DNA of 64,000 nt from a virus: the IMG/VR virus record IMGVR_UViG_3300035682_000025, positions 8,042 through 72,041 of that record, one strand, 5' to 3'. Made by a program: the position numbers and the translations under genes. Shown here in pieces: positions 19,366 through 27,965 of this stretch. Position 1 is the stretch's first letter. Each line of letters starts with the position of its first letter. Under the pieces are notes generated by a model. The model was given only the letters and a program-made list of their open reading frames with translations. It was not told the DNA's origin and made no database searches.

Positions 19366-19393
19366 CGTGTTGCTATAGCATTTATCATAAATA

Positions 19394-20770
19394 TCACGCG
19401 CCAGACATAATAATTTGTTTTGCTAGTTTTTCTTCTTCTAGCGTTAGATGTCTGATCTCTGTTTTTCCATCTTTTATTCCAAAAAGTGTTGCTGTTTCTC
19501 CGATACCAAGTAGTTTTCTTTCAATTCTGTATGCGCGTTCGGCTCGATTCCATAGAACTTCGTTCAGGGTAAAATCTGTCTGTGATACCACCTTTTTTAT
19601 GCGACGGTCTACGGAAATATCATTTGATACACCAAACTTCCAAATATTTGGATTTTCGATGGTGTTCCACATATAAACCACGTCAACGCGCCGCAAACCA
19701 ACAAGCATATGACGACAAATTTCATCCAACCAGTCGTTGATGCGCGCCGCATGATATGCACCACCCGCTGCTACAAAAAACTCTTTCCTAGTATTGTATT
19801 TTCTTGCTTCTTCTGCACAGTTTTCATATGACCAATGATTTGGATTTGCTGTAATTTTTGGAGACATGTGACCATGCGCTTCATCCAGCCAACCATTTCT
19901 CTTTGCGGCAGAGTAAGCACCACAATTGGATTTTCTAAAGTCTTCTCTCGATTCATATTGTCTCGATTGTTTTAGGCATAGCTCTTTTGTCCAATATCCA
20001 CTTGGTTTTTTTGAAGTATCATACAAATGGCGAATCAATTCAACCCAGTTGTTTCTTTTGATTGCGTTGTATAGATTCTTATTGCAATTTAGCATTTCGG
20101 AAAGGGTTTTATATTTAGAAACTTCCTGTTTGCATTTTTCATATGTCCAATACTCGTATACATCTTTCATACCATCAAATAGTTCTGTCCATCCACTGGT
20201 ATGAATTTTGTAATATGCTGATGGGCTAGACAATCTCATTTCTAGTTTTGATTTATACAACATGGCTTCTTTTTTGCAAGATTCGTATGTCCATTTTGTT
20301 CTTAGTTTGTGTCCATTTGTCATATGTGAACAAATTTCATCGAACCATCCTTCCTTTACGCTTTTTCTATGAAATGACGGTGACGCTTTTTTGAAGTCGC
20401 TTTTGGTTTGATATTTGAGTGCTTCTTGTTTGCAATCTTCATATGACAAATTAGGAGTGGTGTTCATGTGATTACAAATTTCTGGCAACCACCCATAAGA
20501 TTTTGCAAACCTATACACTTCCACATTTTCTTTCTCAAATTGCTTGTGTGTTTTGTACACGGAGGCAACTTCTTTACAATGTTCGTATGAAAACTTTTCT
20601 GTTTTCGGCTTCTCCATGTGCTTACATAATTCATCCAGCCATCCGTTTTTTCTGGCTGCTTCATATGCCCTACCAGAGCCTTTCTTGAAACTTACTCTAT
20701 TTGTATATTTTGATGCTTCATCAGCGACTTGCTCTTTTGTTCGCCAGTATCTATATTTTTTCGTATTCAT
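19394..20770 (-). CDS. Tandem-repeat protein with C-terminal T5orf172/GIY-YIG-like domain
   Basis: Seven imperfect 45-50 aa repeats (W..E.C..EA.KY....F.K....AY.AA.KNGWLDE.C.HM) are followed by VYMWNT..NPNIWKFGVSNDISVDRRIKK..., matching the T5orf172 / GIY-YIG-like fold. Confidence 0.6.
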   Translation of the reverse strand: MNTKKYRYWRTKEQVADEASKYTNRVSFKKGSGRAYEAARKNGWLDELCKHMEKPKTEKFSYEHCKEVASVYKTHKQFEKENVEVYRFAKSYGWLPEICNHMNTTPNLSYEDCKQEALKYQTKSDFKKASPSFHRKSVKEGWFDEICSHMTNGHKLRTKWTYESCKKEAMLYKSKLEMRLSSPSAYYKIHTSGWTELFDGMKDVYEYWTYEKCKQEVSKYKTLSEMLNCNKNLYNAIKRNNWVELIRHLYDTSKKPSGYWTKELCLKQSRQYESREDFRKSNCGAYSAAKRNGWLDEAHGHMSPKITANPNHWSYENCAEEARKYNTRKEFFVAAGGAYHAARINDWLDEICRHMLVGLRRVDVVYMWNTIENPNIWKFGVSNDISVDRRIKKVVSQTDFTLNEVLWNRAERAYRIERKLLGIGETATLFGIKDGKTEIRHLTLEEEKLAKQIIMSGA

Positions 20771-20797
20771 TTTTGCTCCAAGTTTTAGTTTTCTTTG

Positions 20798-21331
20798 TCA
20801 AGCAAGTATTTGCATGGTCATGAAAGAAGCGAAGTCGTCATAGCCATTTTTGAGGTTGAACACTGGTATTTTGTAGTGGGTTGCTATCCTGATTGCCTGG
20901 CCCGTACCACCACTTGCTTTGCCGTCTTTTGTCCAGCATAGAACAAAGTCAACTGGGCTTTTCAGATCAGACCCTAGAACTTGATATGAGTTTCTTGACA
21001 TAAATTTCCAACCAGCATCTGATAGTGCATCTGGCTTCGGATGATATTTTCGAACAAGGTCGGGATTGAATGGCGGAACGATGTAACTACCTTCGCCGTG
21101 AAGTTTGATCAGCGGTTCTATGTTCCGTTTATTGAACCCATCCCAAGGAAGGAATATTTGTCGATTGATAACTGCGCCCCACTCGAAGGCAGTATCAGCT
21201 CCATCAGCCCCACCGGAATTGCAAGTATAGCCAAGAGACGCTAATCTCTTGGCTATTGCTGTCATATGTAGACATACTTCTGGTGGTGTTCTTCTTGAAC
21301 CGATTCCGGCGTATGCCCTAACGCTTTGCAT
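20798..21331 (-). CDS. DprA/Smf-like Rossmann-fold (SLOG) protein
   Basis: AGIGSRRTP...SGGADGAD...GA and RNSYQVLG motifs match the DprA Rossmann domain. 177 aa standalone. Confidence 0.55.
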   Translation of the reverse strand: MQSVRAYAGIGSRRTPPEVCLHMTAIAKRLASLGYTCNSGGADGADTAFEWGAVINRQIFLPWDGFNKRNIEPLIKLHGEGSYIVPPFNPDLVRKYHPKPDALSDAGWKFMSRNSYQVLGSDLKSPVDFVLCWTKDGKASGGTGQAIRIATHYKIPVFNLKNGYDDFASFMTMQILA

Positions 21332-21566
21332 CTTCTAGCATAGCTAAACACATCCTGAAATTTCCAATCACATCATCAAGTTCATATGAAAGTTCTTCAT
21401 AAACCTTTCCGTCTTCATCGGAGACGACACCTTCAAGAAACCGTTCTACGAGATCCATATGCGAATAGATGATTGATGGTGTACCGGCATTCCCAAGGTA
21501 TAGGTTCAATCCAGAACCATCTACCATCAGAGAAATATCAATATTTGCTGAAATTGATTTGATCAT
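21318..21566 (-). CDS. Hypothetical protein
   Basis: 82 aa, overlaps neighbours by short coupling overlaps. Confidence 0.4.
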   Translation of the reverse strand: MIKSISANIDISLMVDGSGLNLYLGNAGTPSIIYSHMDLVERFLEGVVSDEDGKVYEELSYELDDVIGNFRMCLAMLEDAKR

Positions 21567-21817
21567 TTCATCCCCAGCGCGGCTTTATACATTTCCATGA
21601 TCGCTTCTTCCTCGGCAATCTCATCCGGCTTGCGCTTGCGCAGCGCAATCACTTTTTTCACGATCTTGCCATCATATCCGCGGCCCTTAAGTTCCGACAT
21701 GAGTTCTTTTTGATTCTCGGTCACATCTTTTTTCTCTGCTTCTAGCTGCTCGTAGCGTTCAATGAACTGGCGTAGTTCATCAGCAGTAACATTGTAGGCT
21801 TCATTCGTATCGCTCAT
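21563..21817 (-). CDS. gapR: GapR-like nucleoid-associated DNA-binding protein (DUF2312)
   Basis: LRQFIERYEQLEAEKKDV...KGRGYDGKIVKKVIALRKRKPDEIAEEEAIMEMYKAALGM matches the GapR/DUF2312 family. Start re-assigned to ATG 21817 with RBS AAGGAG. Confidence 0.75.
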   Translation of the reverse strand: MSDTNEAYNVTADELRQFIERYEQLEAEKKDVTENQKELMSELKGRGYDGKIVKKVIALRKRKPDEIAEEEAIMEMYKAALGMK

Positions 21818-21992
21818 TTTGTAGCTCCTTGAGTTTGATTGTAAGTTCAACAGCAGCGTCAAGTTCTTCTCTTGTTGAAGATAGAACCACGCAGCTCCAT
21901 AATTCTTGAAAGCCGAGACCACTGAAATAGGCATTTCCAATGGAGCTTCCAATGTAGTCGTAGTCCGAAATGTCAGGGTCGTTTTGGATCAT
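21801..21992 (-). CDS. Hypothetical protein
   Basis: 63 aa ORF with RBS GAGGAA. Its start is ATGA-coupled to the upstream small hydrophobic ORF. Confidence 0.35.
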   Translation of the reverse strand: MIQNDPDISDYDYIGSSIGNAYFSGLGFQELWSCVVLSSTREELDAAVELTIKLKELQNERYE

Positions 21993-22120
21993 TTATGTTC
22001 CTCTGCGATTCTGATTAGTTCTGCAATCAGCAGAAGCCCTGCTGATGTTGTTGCAACTGTAAGCCCAAAAGCTAATCCACCGAATGCGACAATCCTAAGC
22101 AGGCTTTTGGAATATGACAA
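21989..22120 (-). CDS. Possible small single-TM hydrophobic peptide (about 43 aa, TTG start; start uncertain)
   Basis: Open frame encoding ...RIVAFGGLAFGLTVATTSAGLLLIAELIRIAEEHK. Its stop overlaps the ATG of the next gene (ATGA). Not in the track because it is under 60 aa. Confidence 0.25.
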   Translation of the reverse strand: MSYSKSLLRIVAFGGLAFGLTVATTSAGLLLIAELIRIAEEHK

Positions 22121-22137
22121 ATACAGTTTGTGGTTTT

Positions 22138-22581
22138 TCATGGATGAAGCGAGAACTTTTTCAGAATAGTACTCGCAAATTTGTCATTTTCTTTGTTGGG
22201 CACAAATACATATGCGCAGGTATCCAGCGGAATGTGATGGACAACCTCGCCGTCAAGAATTGGATAGGTCGGATCATGAACCACATCAGCAATGTATTCC
22301 ATGCCCCGGAAAATGTCAACTGTTGCTTTGATGTCCGGCATTTTTCCAGCAAGAACAAGTACAGTGCCGAAGAATTGAGAAGTCGAGTTTTCCCATTCAG
22401 CAAAACCAGTCATGGTCGAGGTTTGCATCTCACTGTACATTGGCTTCGAGTTATACTCTTGAGCATAACCATGAAAATGTCCGACAAATGCGTTAGACGC
22501 GTGACTTGCCTGAGCCATTGCCTTTCCGGCATTAAGCGAGGCAAGGTCATTCCGAACGATGATATATAATACTGCTGTCAT
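22138..22581 (-). CDS. Peptidyl-tRNA hydrolase, PTH2 family-like
   Basis: N-terminal LYIIVRNDLASLNAGKAMAQASHAS resembles the PTH2 signature (hhVVRxDLxMxxGKxxAQxxHA). Confidence 0.5.
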   Translation of the reverse strand: MTAVLYIIVRNDLASLNAGKAMAQASHASNAFVGHFHGYAQEYNSKPMYSEMQTSTMTGFAEWENSTSQFFGTVLVLAGKMPDIKATVDIFRGMEYIADVVHDPTYPILDGEVVHHIPLDTCAYVFVPNKENDKFASTILKKFSLHP

Positions 22582-22603
22582 ATGGGTTCCCTTGTTTGAT
22601 TCG

Positions 22604-22912
22604 TCAGTGAAAAGTATATGTCAACATTGGAAGATTGTCAATCATATTTTCGGTGTGTTTTGTATGACCAGACTTTATGATATCAATGACATTAACATAG
22701 TTGTCAGTTGAATTTGTTTCTATAGCTATAGCTGATAGTTCAGCTGACATCTTCGGAAGTGCCTTTCCAAAAAATGTATGAATATCTGTTTCGGTGCCAA
22801 ATCTAATAGCTTTACATGAAAGTGCGATTGGGCTACTACTGAATAGGTGGTTGCCTAAATATATGCCCAGATAGATTCCTCGGTCTTCATGAAATGCAAT
22901 GTATGACTTCAT
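22604..22912 (-). CDS. Hypothetical protein
   Basis: 102 aa ORF. Confidence 0.4.
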   Translation of the reverse strand: MKSYIAFHEDRGIYLGIYLGNHLFSSSPIALSCKAIRFGTETDIHTFFGKALPKMSAELSAIAIETNSTDNYVNVIDIIKSGHTKHTENMIDNLPMLTYTFH

Positions 22913-23289
22913 TCTTTCCTTTCCTCCATCATATCGATTGAACGGAACACCAGAATCAAAATAGAGATGACGACAGTAGTAACAGTGATGCCCGCAAAAA
23001 GCACATACCCAAGCGTATAGAGATGCCAGACTCCAAGTAGTAGAAGAATTCGAATAATAATAAGCGTTCTAGCATCAGACCTTTCGGTAAATGCTTTGAG
23101 CTCTTCGATTCTCTTTTCTGGATTCTTAAGCAGAGTCTTCTGAAATCCTATAACAATTGCGATTGAGTATAGTACCAAAAATACATTAAGACAGAGAATG
23201 CCGATGATGATGTTGGTCGCCCAGAGGGCTCCACCCATAGACATATAGAGTGAACCAGCGATCACAGATGCTACGATTATATAAATCAT
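22909..23289 (-). CDS. Integral membrane protein (4 predicted TM helices)
   Basis: Start re-assigned to ATG 23289, which is ATGA-coupled to the upstream gene. Four long hydrophobic stretches. Confidence 0.5.
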   Translation of the reverse strand: MIYIIVASVIAGSLYMSMGGALWATNIIIGILCLNVFLVLYSIAIVIGFQKTLLKNPEKRIEELKAFTERSDARTLIIIRILLLLGVWHLYTLGYVLFAGITVTTVVISILILVFRSIDMMEERKE

Positions 23290-23852
23290 CCAATTTCCTT
23301 TGATTTGAACCATTCTGGAATTTCGCGATTGGTCCATGCCATCTTGAATCGTTCTTGTTTTGTTTGATAGAAGGCACGATAGGAACGAACTGGGTCGTTA
23401 TGAAACATGCATTCTGGGTTAGATTTCATGGCGAGTGCAAATGGCGTCATTGGACCATACTTGATGTTTTTTGGCATCAAGGATAGTTTTTCGCGCAAAA
23501 CTTTATCAGTCAGATGTACCTTGCCGTAGCGATGCGTATACTCGTCACACAGCGCGATGAAATGAGCGTAGTGCCAACCATAGTTCATTGCAGATGCCAT
23601 TGTCCAAGCCGTGCAGGGATGAGCGCTGTGGACGGCTTTATACAGAATATGATTCATATATGGATCAGGATGTAGCCATACTTTGACTTGCGATTTTCCC
23701 GACTTGGACGCTGCTTTGATAGAGTGTCCATCAAGGATGCGGTGTGCTGTTGAGAGCATTTGTGCGCTCTCAATTACCATTTTTGGAATGTGTTTATTGC
23801 ACTGCAGTTGTGCAGCCTTTACTGGCTCCAAATCAAGAATGAACAGATTCAT
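23286..23852 (-). CDS. Hypothetical protein (His/Trp-rich, 188 aa)
   Basis: Well-formed ORF, no confident family assignment. Confidence 0.5.
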   Translation of the reverse strand: MNLFILDLEPVKAAQLQCNKHIPKMVIESAQMLSTAHRILDGHSIKAASKSGKSQVKVWLHPDPYMNHILYKAVHSAHPCTAWTMASAMNYGWHYAHFIALCDEYTHRYGKVHLTDKVLREKLSLMPKNIKYGPMTPFALAMKSNPECMFHNDPVRSYRAFYQTKQERFKMAWTNREIPEWFKSKEIG

Positions 23853-24284
23853 TTAGTCAATCCGAGAACCAGCACTTGCATTGATGCCGTTCTCACGAAG
23901 AACCTTGGAGAAGGCACGAGCAAATGCTTCTTTCTTCTGCATAGACTGGTTGAATTCGCTCACCCAGCGCTGATAGTTCTTTTCATATTCGTTCTTACTG
24001 AACCCAGCAGCTTCAAGCACTTTGCGCTCTTCTTTGCCGAGTTTGGTGCTTCCCTTGAATTCAGGATAGACATTGATCCAAGCAAATCCACAAACCCCAT
24101 CGGCAACATACTCGGTGGGTTTGGAGTAGTCAATTTCGTTGGAGAACAAACCCTTCGCAGAGCCGACGACCATCGGAATAACCTTAGCCTTCGTCACAGC
24201 TTCATTGCCAGCAGCGTCTGCTTTGGTGATGATTTCTTTGAGAACGGAAAGAGTCGGAATCATAGTGTATCTCCTTTTGAACAC
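23853..24284 (-). CDS. Hypothetical protein
   Basis: 143 aa, abuts the downstream gene. Driven by promoter P3. Confidence 0.5.
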   Translation of the reverse strand: MFKRRYTMIPTLSVLKEIITKADAAGNEAVTKAKVIPMVVGSAKGLFSNEIDYSKPTEYVADGVCGFAWINVYPEFKGSTKLGKEERKVLEAAGFSKNEYEKNYQRWVSEFNQSMQKKEAFARAFSKVLRENGINASAGSRID

Positions 24285-24291
24285 TAGTGCA

Positions 24292-24319
24292 GATTACGGC
24301 GATTCGGATGTATTGTCAA
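24292..24319 (-). promoter_or_regulatory. Conserved early promoter P3
   Basis: Reverse complement reads TTGACAatacatccgaatcgccgTAATCT. Confidence 0.55.
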
Positions 24320-24570
24320 GCCAGAGAAACGCGCCGTTCGTAAGTCTTCCGCCGAGGTTTTTCGACACCGGTCGTTTTCGGTTTCGCGTTCACAGCGTAC
24401 CGAATGAGCCGCTGATCCACATCAGACAGAGCATGACCCCTGCTCGAAGGGGTCTCGAACCGAACAGCGAGCGCAGACGCTGCATTCGCGATCACATCAT
24501 TCTTATCTTTCTCTGCGGTGTAGTAGAGGGTCTGCAGGAAAGACTTGGCACGAAGGTCATTGATGATCAT
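24316..24570 (-). CDS. Hypothetical basic protein
   Basis: 84 aa. Confidence 0.4.
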   Translation of the reverse strand: MIINDLRAKSFLQTLYYTAEKDKNDVIANAASALAVRFETPSSRGHALSDVDQRLIRYAVNAKPKTTGVEKPRRKTYERRVSLA

Positions 24571-24603
24571 AGTGATTCCTTTTTTGTTTCCGTCACAAGT
24601 ATG

Positions 24604-24632
24604 GTTATAGACCGATTCGACTCACTAGTCAA
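24604..24632 (-). promoter_or_regulatory. Conserved early promoter P4
   Basis: Reverse complement reads TTGACTagtgagtcgaatcggtcTATAAC. Confidence 0.55.
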
Positions 24633-25036
24633 GCCATAATAGTTTCCAGTTTGGAGATCATGCCCTTCAGTTCTTCAATCCGTTCTTTGGTTGCAATCCA
24701 GTCACCGCTGTAGCTCCAACCGGACTTCATTGTACCTTCGATTTCCTTAGCAATTTTGGCGCGAGCTTCCCGGTCATTATCCCGAGCCAGTTCTTCGCGA
24801 AGTTTGTCAGCGTTTCCAATGCTCGGACCCCACTCATTTTTGTAGGAGTCTCCACTTTTGTTGAAACGGTATTCCTTGGGACCACAGCTGTGGTCACCAC
24901 AGGTGACAAAGATATGACCATGACCGTTGATCTTGGTAACAGTACCAAATTCAGCAATGGAAAGCCCACCATAGCGGGTGCGCTTGACAACAGCAACTTC
25001 TTTACCGACATGGGCATCAAAGATTCCGAAAGACAT
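24629..25036 (-). CDS. Hypothetical protein
   Basis: 135 aa, RBS GGAGAA. Confidence 0.45.
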   Translation of the reverse strand: MSFGIFDAHVGKEVAVVKRTRYGGLSIAEFGTVTKINGHGHIFVTCGDHSCGPKEYRFNKSGDSYKNEWGPSIGNADKLREELARDNDREARAKIAKEIEGTMKSGWSYSGDWIATKERIEELKGMISKLETIMA

Positions 25037-25065
25037 GTAGTGTTCTCCTCTTGTCTACAAGTATG

Positions 25066-25094
25066 GTTATATACCGAATCATCTTACTAGTCAA
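25066..25094 (-). promoter_or_regulatory. Conserved early promoter P5
   Basis: Reverse complement reads TTGACTagtaagatgattcggtaTATAAC. Confidence 0.55.
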
Positions 25095-25101
25095 CCCGGT
25101 G

Positions 25102-25413
25102 TCAAGTATGTTCTACGATTTTTATTCCAGAAGCTTCGATTGCTCCCCTACAGATTGGGCAGGGTTTTGCCACCTTCTCTTCTCCATCTTTGCCAAACCG
25201 AGTCACCACAATTTTGTGTGCCCTGTCGAGTCTACGACACCGCAAAATTGCGTGAATTTCAGCATGAAGAAATTGTTTATCTGGCAACCCAACTTTCTCA
25301 GCGCACTTTGCTTGGTATGGGTGGGTTTTCACATAGCTGTTTTTGCCGATGGATAAAACTTTGCCGCGTTTGTCATAGATGATGGCAGTGATATCGAACC
25401 GCGCTTTCGTCAT
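25102..25413 (-). CDS. Cytidine/deoxycytidylate deaminase-family zinc enzyme
   Basis: HAEIHAI ... PCPICRGAI zinc-binding motifs of the CDA fold. Start re-assigned to ATG 25413, directly after the stop of the upstream gene. Confidence 0.65.
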   Translation of the reverse strand: MTKARFDITAIIYDKRGKVLSIGKNSYVKTHPYQAKCAEKVGLPDKQFLHAEIHAILRCRRLDRAHKIVVTRFGKDGEEKVAKPCPICRGAIEASGIKIVEHT

Positions 25414-25414
25414 A

Positions 25415-25657
25415 TCAGAGCAGACGAAACTTTTTGGAAAGAGTCTTGAATACCTTTTCCCAACCAAACTTCTCATAGAGCGACTTGAGTTCAGCGTCAG
25501 CCTCGGCATAGCCGTTCATCGTCAGACGGTTTGCATCAAGGACGAGTTCCAGAGCGATGGAGTTGTCACCATCGCACATGTCGTAAGCATCTGAGGCGAT
25601 GTAATCCCATGTTGCATAGATTGCGTTTTCAGTAGCACGGCTAATTGTAAGCATCAC
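25415..25657 (-). CDS. Hypothetical protein
   Basis: 80 aa. Confidence 0.4.
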   Translation of the reverse strand: MMLTISRATENAIYATWDYIASDAYDMCDGDNSIALELVLDANRLTMNGYAEADAELKSLYEKFGWEKVFKTLSKKFRLL

Positions 25658-25875
25658 TTGATTTCCTTGCCAGTTGTGATTTCGTAGATAGCTGCTTCGG
25701 CGAGTTTGATGAACATGTTCTTGATGCCTTCATCAAGGATGTCCCAATTATTATGGCTATTGGGATTTTCGACAAAGGATTTCTTCGCAAGGTCGAGAGC
25801 ATCTTCATAGGCATTCATCTTGGCGAACTCTTTCACTGTGTCGATGGCAGCACGAATCATTTCTTTGTCTGTCAT
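25654..25875 (-). CDS. Hypothetical protein
   Basis: 73 aa, ATGA-coupled. Confidence 0.4.
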   Translation of the reverse strand: MTDKEMIRAAIDTVKEFAKMNAYEDALDLAKKSFVENPNSHNNWDILDEGIKNMFIKLAEAAIYEITTGKEIK

Positions 25876-25899
25876 GTCTTATCTCCCGATTACTCTTGT

Positions 25900-25928
25900 A
25901 AGATAGACGATTCGTAATCAGATGTCAA
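25900..25928 (-). promoter_or_regulatory. Conserved early promoter P6
   Basis: Reverse complement reads TTGACAtctgattacgaatcgtcTATCTT. Confidence 0.5.
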
Positions 25929-26416
25929 CCTGGCTGATAAGCTTTCTTCAAATCTTCTTCGTGATAAAGCGATTTGTAGCACTTGTAGGCTACATCTATG
26001 CTGTCTCTAATTCGCTCTGCGCTCTGTTTCGGAAATCCATTTGCTCTAAGAAGTGCAAGAGAGCGCGTCTGCCATTCTTCGATTCCTATGGTTTGACAAC
26101 CAACAACTATGAAATCATGGGCAATAACGATTTCTTGCTCAAAGCCATGAATTGTTATTGGAGTCTTCGTCAATGTTACATTTCCATGAATCGTAGTCGC
26201 ATTCAAGAAAGCATTTCCACCAACCTTTGCGCCATCTTCCACAACTGATTTGTTTTGAAGAACCGCATTTCCAAAAATAGTTGAGCCTGTTGCCACTGTG
26301 CAGTTCTCTCCAATAACAGCATTATCAAGGATCTCGCAATCGTAGCCGACAAAAGCAGTTGGATGAACAGATGCCGTCTCGGCGACAAGTCCACCGCCAA
26401 TAGGATGCTTTATCAT
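25925..26416 (-). CDS. Hexapeptide-repeat (left-handed beta-helix) protein, acyltransferase/gamma-carbonic-anhydrase-like
   Basis: Repeated [LIV]G.N..[IV] hexapeptides (VGYDCEILDNAVIGENCTVATGSTIFGNAVLQNKSVVEDGAKVGGNAFL). Confidence 0.6.
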   Translation of the reverse strand: MIKHPIGGGLVAETASVHPTAFVGYDCEILDNAVIGENCTVATGSTIFGNAVLQNKSVVEDGAKVGGNAFLNATTIHGNVTLTKTPITIHGFEQEIVIAHDFIVVGCQTIGIEEWQTRSLALLRANGFPKQSAERIRDSIDVAYKCYKSLYHEEDLKKAYQPG

Positions 26417-27090
26417 AGTTTTACCTTCTCTCTTATTTCAATGAATTTTTCTATCCAGTCTTTTGACCGCTCGATGAACACAAGTGGCTCTCCATCATCA
26501 ACCATCATCAAAATGACGATTTTCTTTGGAAGCATTCCGGTTCGCTCAAATGTCATGTAGGAATAAGCTGAAGTTTGTGTAAAATATCCATCAATGTCTT
26601 CTCGCTTTTTCTCTCGCTTACTCGTCTTGAAATCTATAATGGATAGTTCGCCGTCCCACTCAGCGAGGCAATCTACCCGTCCAGCAACGCGCAGCTTGTC
26701 CGAATAGAGGGGTACTTCAAGTCCATAGACCTTAGAGACATGCTTGTCAAGGATGGGTCGTATCTGTCCAAATGACGCTATATTGACGGGCATATGACCC
26801 TTGGTATATGCTGGATTGTTTTTTAGATATTCTTCTGCAAGCTCATGAACAGCAGTTCCTCGCCGGGATGCCTGCTCTGTTACTTTGCGAGCTGCTTCTT
26901 CGCCAACCCTGGCCTTCCAACCATCTAGCCAAGATTTGTCAGACCCAGCGCCGATTACGGTCGTGACAGAAGGATATCTGTTGCCTTCTGGAGTGGTATA
27001 GATGCGACCAACACCTTCTACAATTTCATCCGTCAGTTGCGGAAAGACGGTCCAAATATCATGCTCAAATTTTCTCGTTGATGTCTTCAA
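26413..27090 (-). CDS. PD-(D/E)XK family nuclease (RecB/Cas4-like core, no Cys cluster)
   Basis: GRVDCLAEWDGELSIIDFKTSK carries the D...E.K catalytic triad arrangement. Confidence 0.6.
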   Translation of the reverse strand: MKTSTRKFEHDIWTVFPQLTDEIVEGVGRIYTTPEGNRYPSVTTVIGAGSDKSWLDGWKARVGEEAARKVTEQASRRGTAVHELAEEYLKNNPAYTKGHMPVNIASFGQIRPILDKHVSKVYGLEVPLYSDKLRVAGRVDCLAEWDGELSIIDFKTSKREKKREDIDGYFTQTSAYSYMTFERTGMLPKKIVILMMVDDGEPLVFIERSKDWIEKFIEIREKVKL

Positions 27091-27562
27091 TTTTCAAATA
27101 TCCAAATTTCATTCTAAAATCGGGAAGTTTTATCCCGCTAAAATCATAGTCTTTTCTCACATAGGACAGTGAAATATGTGGTATGTAGTCTGGCCATTGA
27201 TCCATAAGACCACGCCCCGCAAAATTATCTCGTATTTCTGATATATCAGGCGAGGAAACTACAAGAACGGGTATGTCGCTATTATCCCCAAGCAGTTTGA
27301 ATCTAGAGGAGAGTGCTTCGCCTTGTGTGAGGCGAAGCACTTCATTCTCTATATTAGATTGGTTGATAGAATAGAATATGGTCGTATGAAATTCAAAGTC
27401 TTCTGGTGGGTTGTCATTTCCACTATATGACTTTGTTATATCAAATCCATTTTCTTGGCACCAATTACGAAGATTTTGTTGAGTCTCATCATCATATACT
27501 ATACAGACATATTTTCTATTCATATTCACTTTCTCACGAAACATTCTAAAAGTCTTTATCAT
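27065..27562 (-). CDS. 2H phosphoesterase superfamily protein (LigT / 2-prime,3-prime-cyclic phosphodiesterase-like)
   Basis: Two H-x-T/S-x motifs (FHTTIFY and PHISLSY) at the expected spacing. Alternative start ATG 27523. Confidence 0.55.
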   Translation of the reverse strand: MIKTFRMFREKVNMNRKYVCIVYDDETQQNLRNWCQENGFDITKSYSGNDNPPEDFEFHTTIFYSINQSNIENEVLRLTQGEALSSRFKLLGDNSDIPVLVVSSPDISEIRDNFAGRGLMDQWPDYIPHISLSYVRKDYDFSGIKLPDFRMKFGYLKIEDINEKI

Positions 27563-27563
27563 T

Positions 27564-27965
27564 TTATACTGCTACACTTGGACCACCAATTGATACTTTT
27601 TCGCTTCCAGTGAGTACCGTGTGATCAAATGTAGTTCCTTTGTTGAACTTACTTCCTACCCGGACAACCTTCTTGCCGCCTATCGATACACTACCAGCAC
27701 ACAATGATGCGGCTGGCGCATGATCTATAGCTTCTTCCGTACATGGAAGACCGTCTGGGTGCAAATCCATAGAGTCTCCTTCTACAGCAACTAGTTTTCC
27801 TTCCACATATACCTTTGTGTTGGTGGTTGCTCCCGTAACTTGTATCGATTCAACATCCCAATTCCACTTAGACGGTAATGAGCTGCATATAGCACCTCTA
27901 TTACCGTCAGTACATTCTATATCACTGAAACCATCAGCCCAAGCTATGCCATTAGACAAGTTCAA
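27564..27965 (-). CDS. PAAR-repeat-like protein (gp5.4-like spike-tip candidate)
   Basis: Three V.V.GK.V.RVG-type repeats with a PAAS motif (HAPAASLCAGSVSIGGKKVVRVG). Confidence 0.4.
   Translation of the reverse strand: MNLSNGIAWADGFSDIECTDGNRGAICSSLPSKWNWDVESIQVTGATTNTKVYVEGKLVAVEGDSMDLHPDGLPCTEEAIDHAPAASLCAGSVSIGGKKVVRVGSKFNKGTTFDHTVLTGSEKVSIGGPSVAV

Noticed and set aside
19394-20770. Repetitive region considered as a CRISPR-like or DNA tandem repeat
   Set aside because: Repeats are diverged coding repeats (protein-level periodicity about 47 aa), not identical DNA direct repeats with spacers. No CRISPR array is present in the window.
20795-20812. tgtcaagcaagtatt motif (shared with 19360-19375) between the DprA-like gene and the repeat protein
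   Set aside because: Has the -35 and a shared flank but no CGAATC core or recognisable -10. Possibly a degenerate promoter, not called.
22598-22624. Possible additional early promoter (gattcg ... tgtcaa) upstream of the PTH2-like gene
   Set aside because: Spacing between the GATTCG core and TTGACA differs from the conserved family and no clear -10 is found. Kept out of the feature list.
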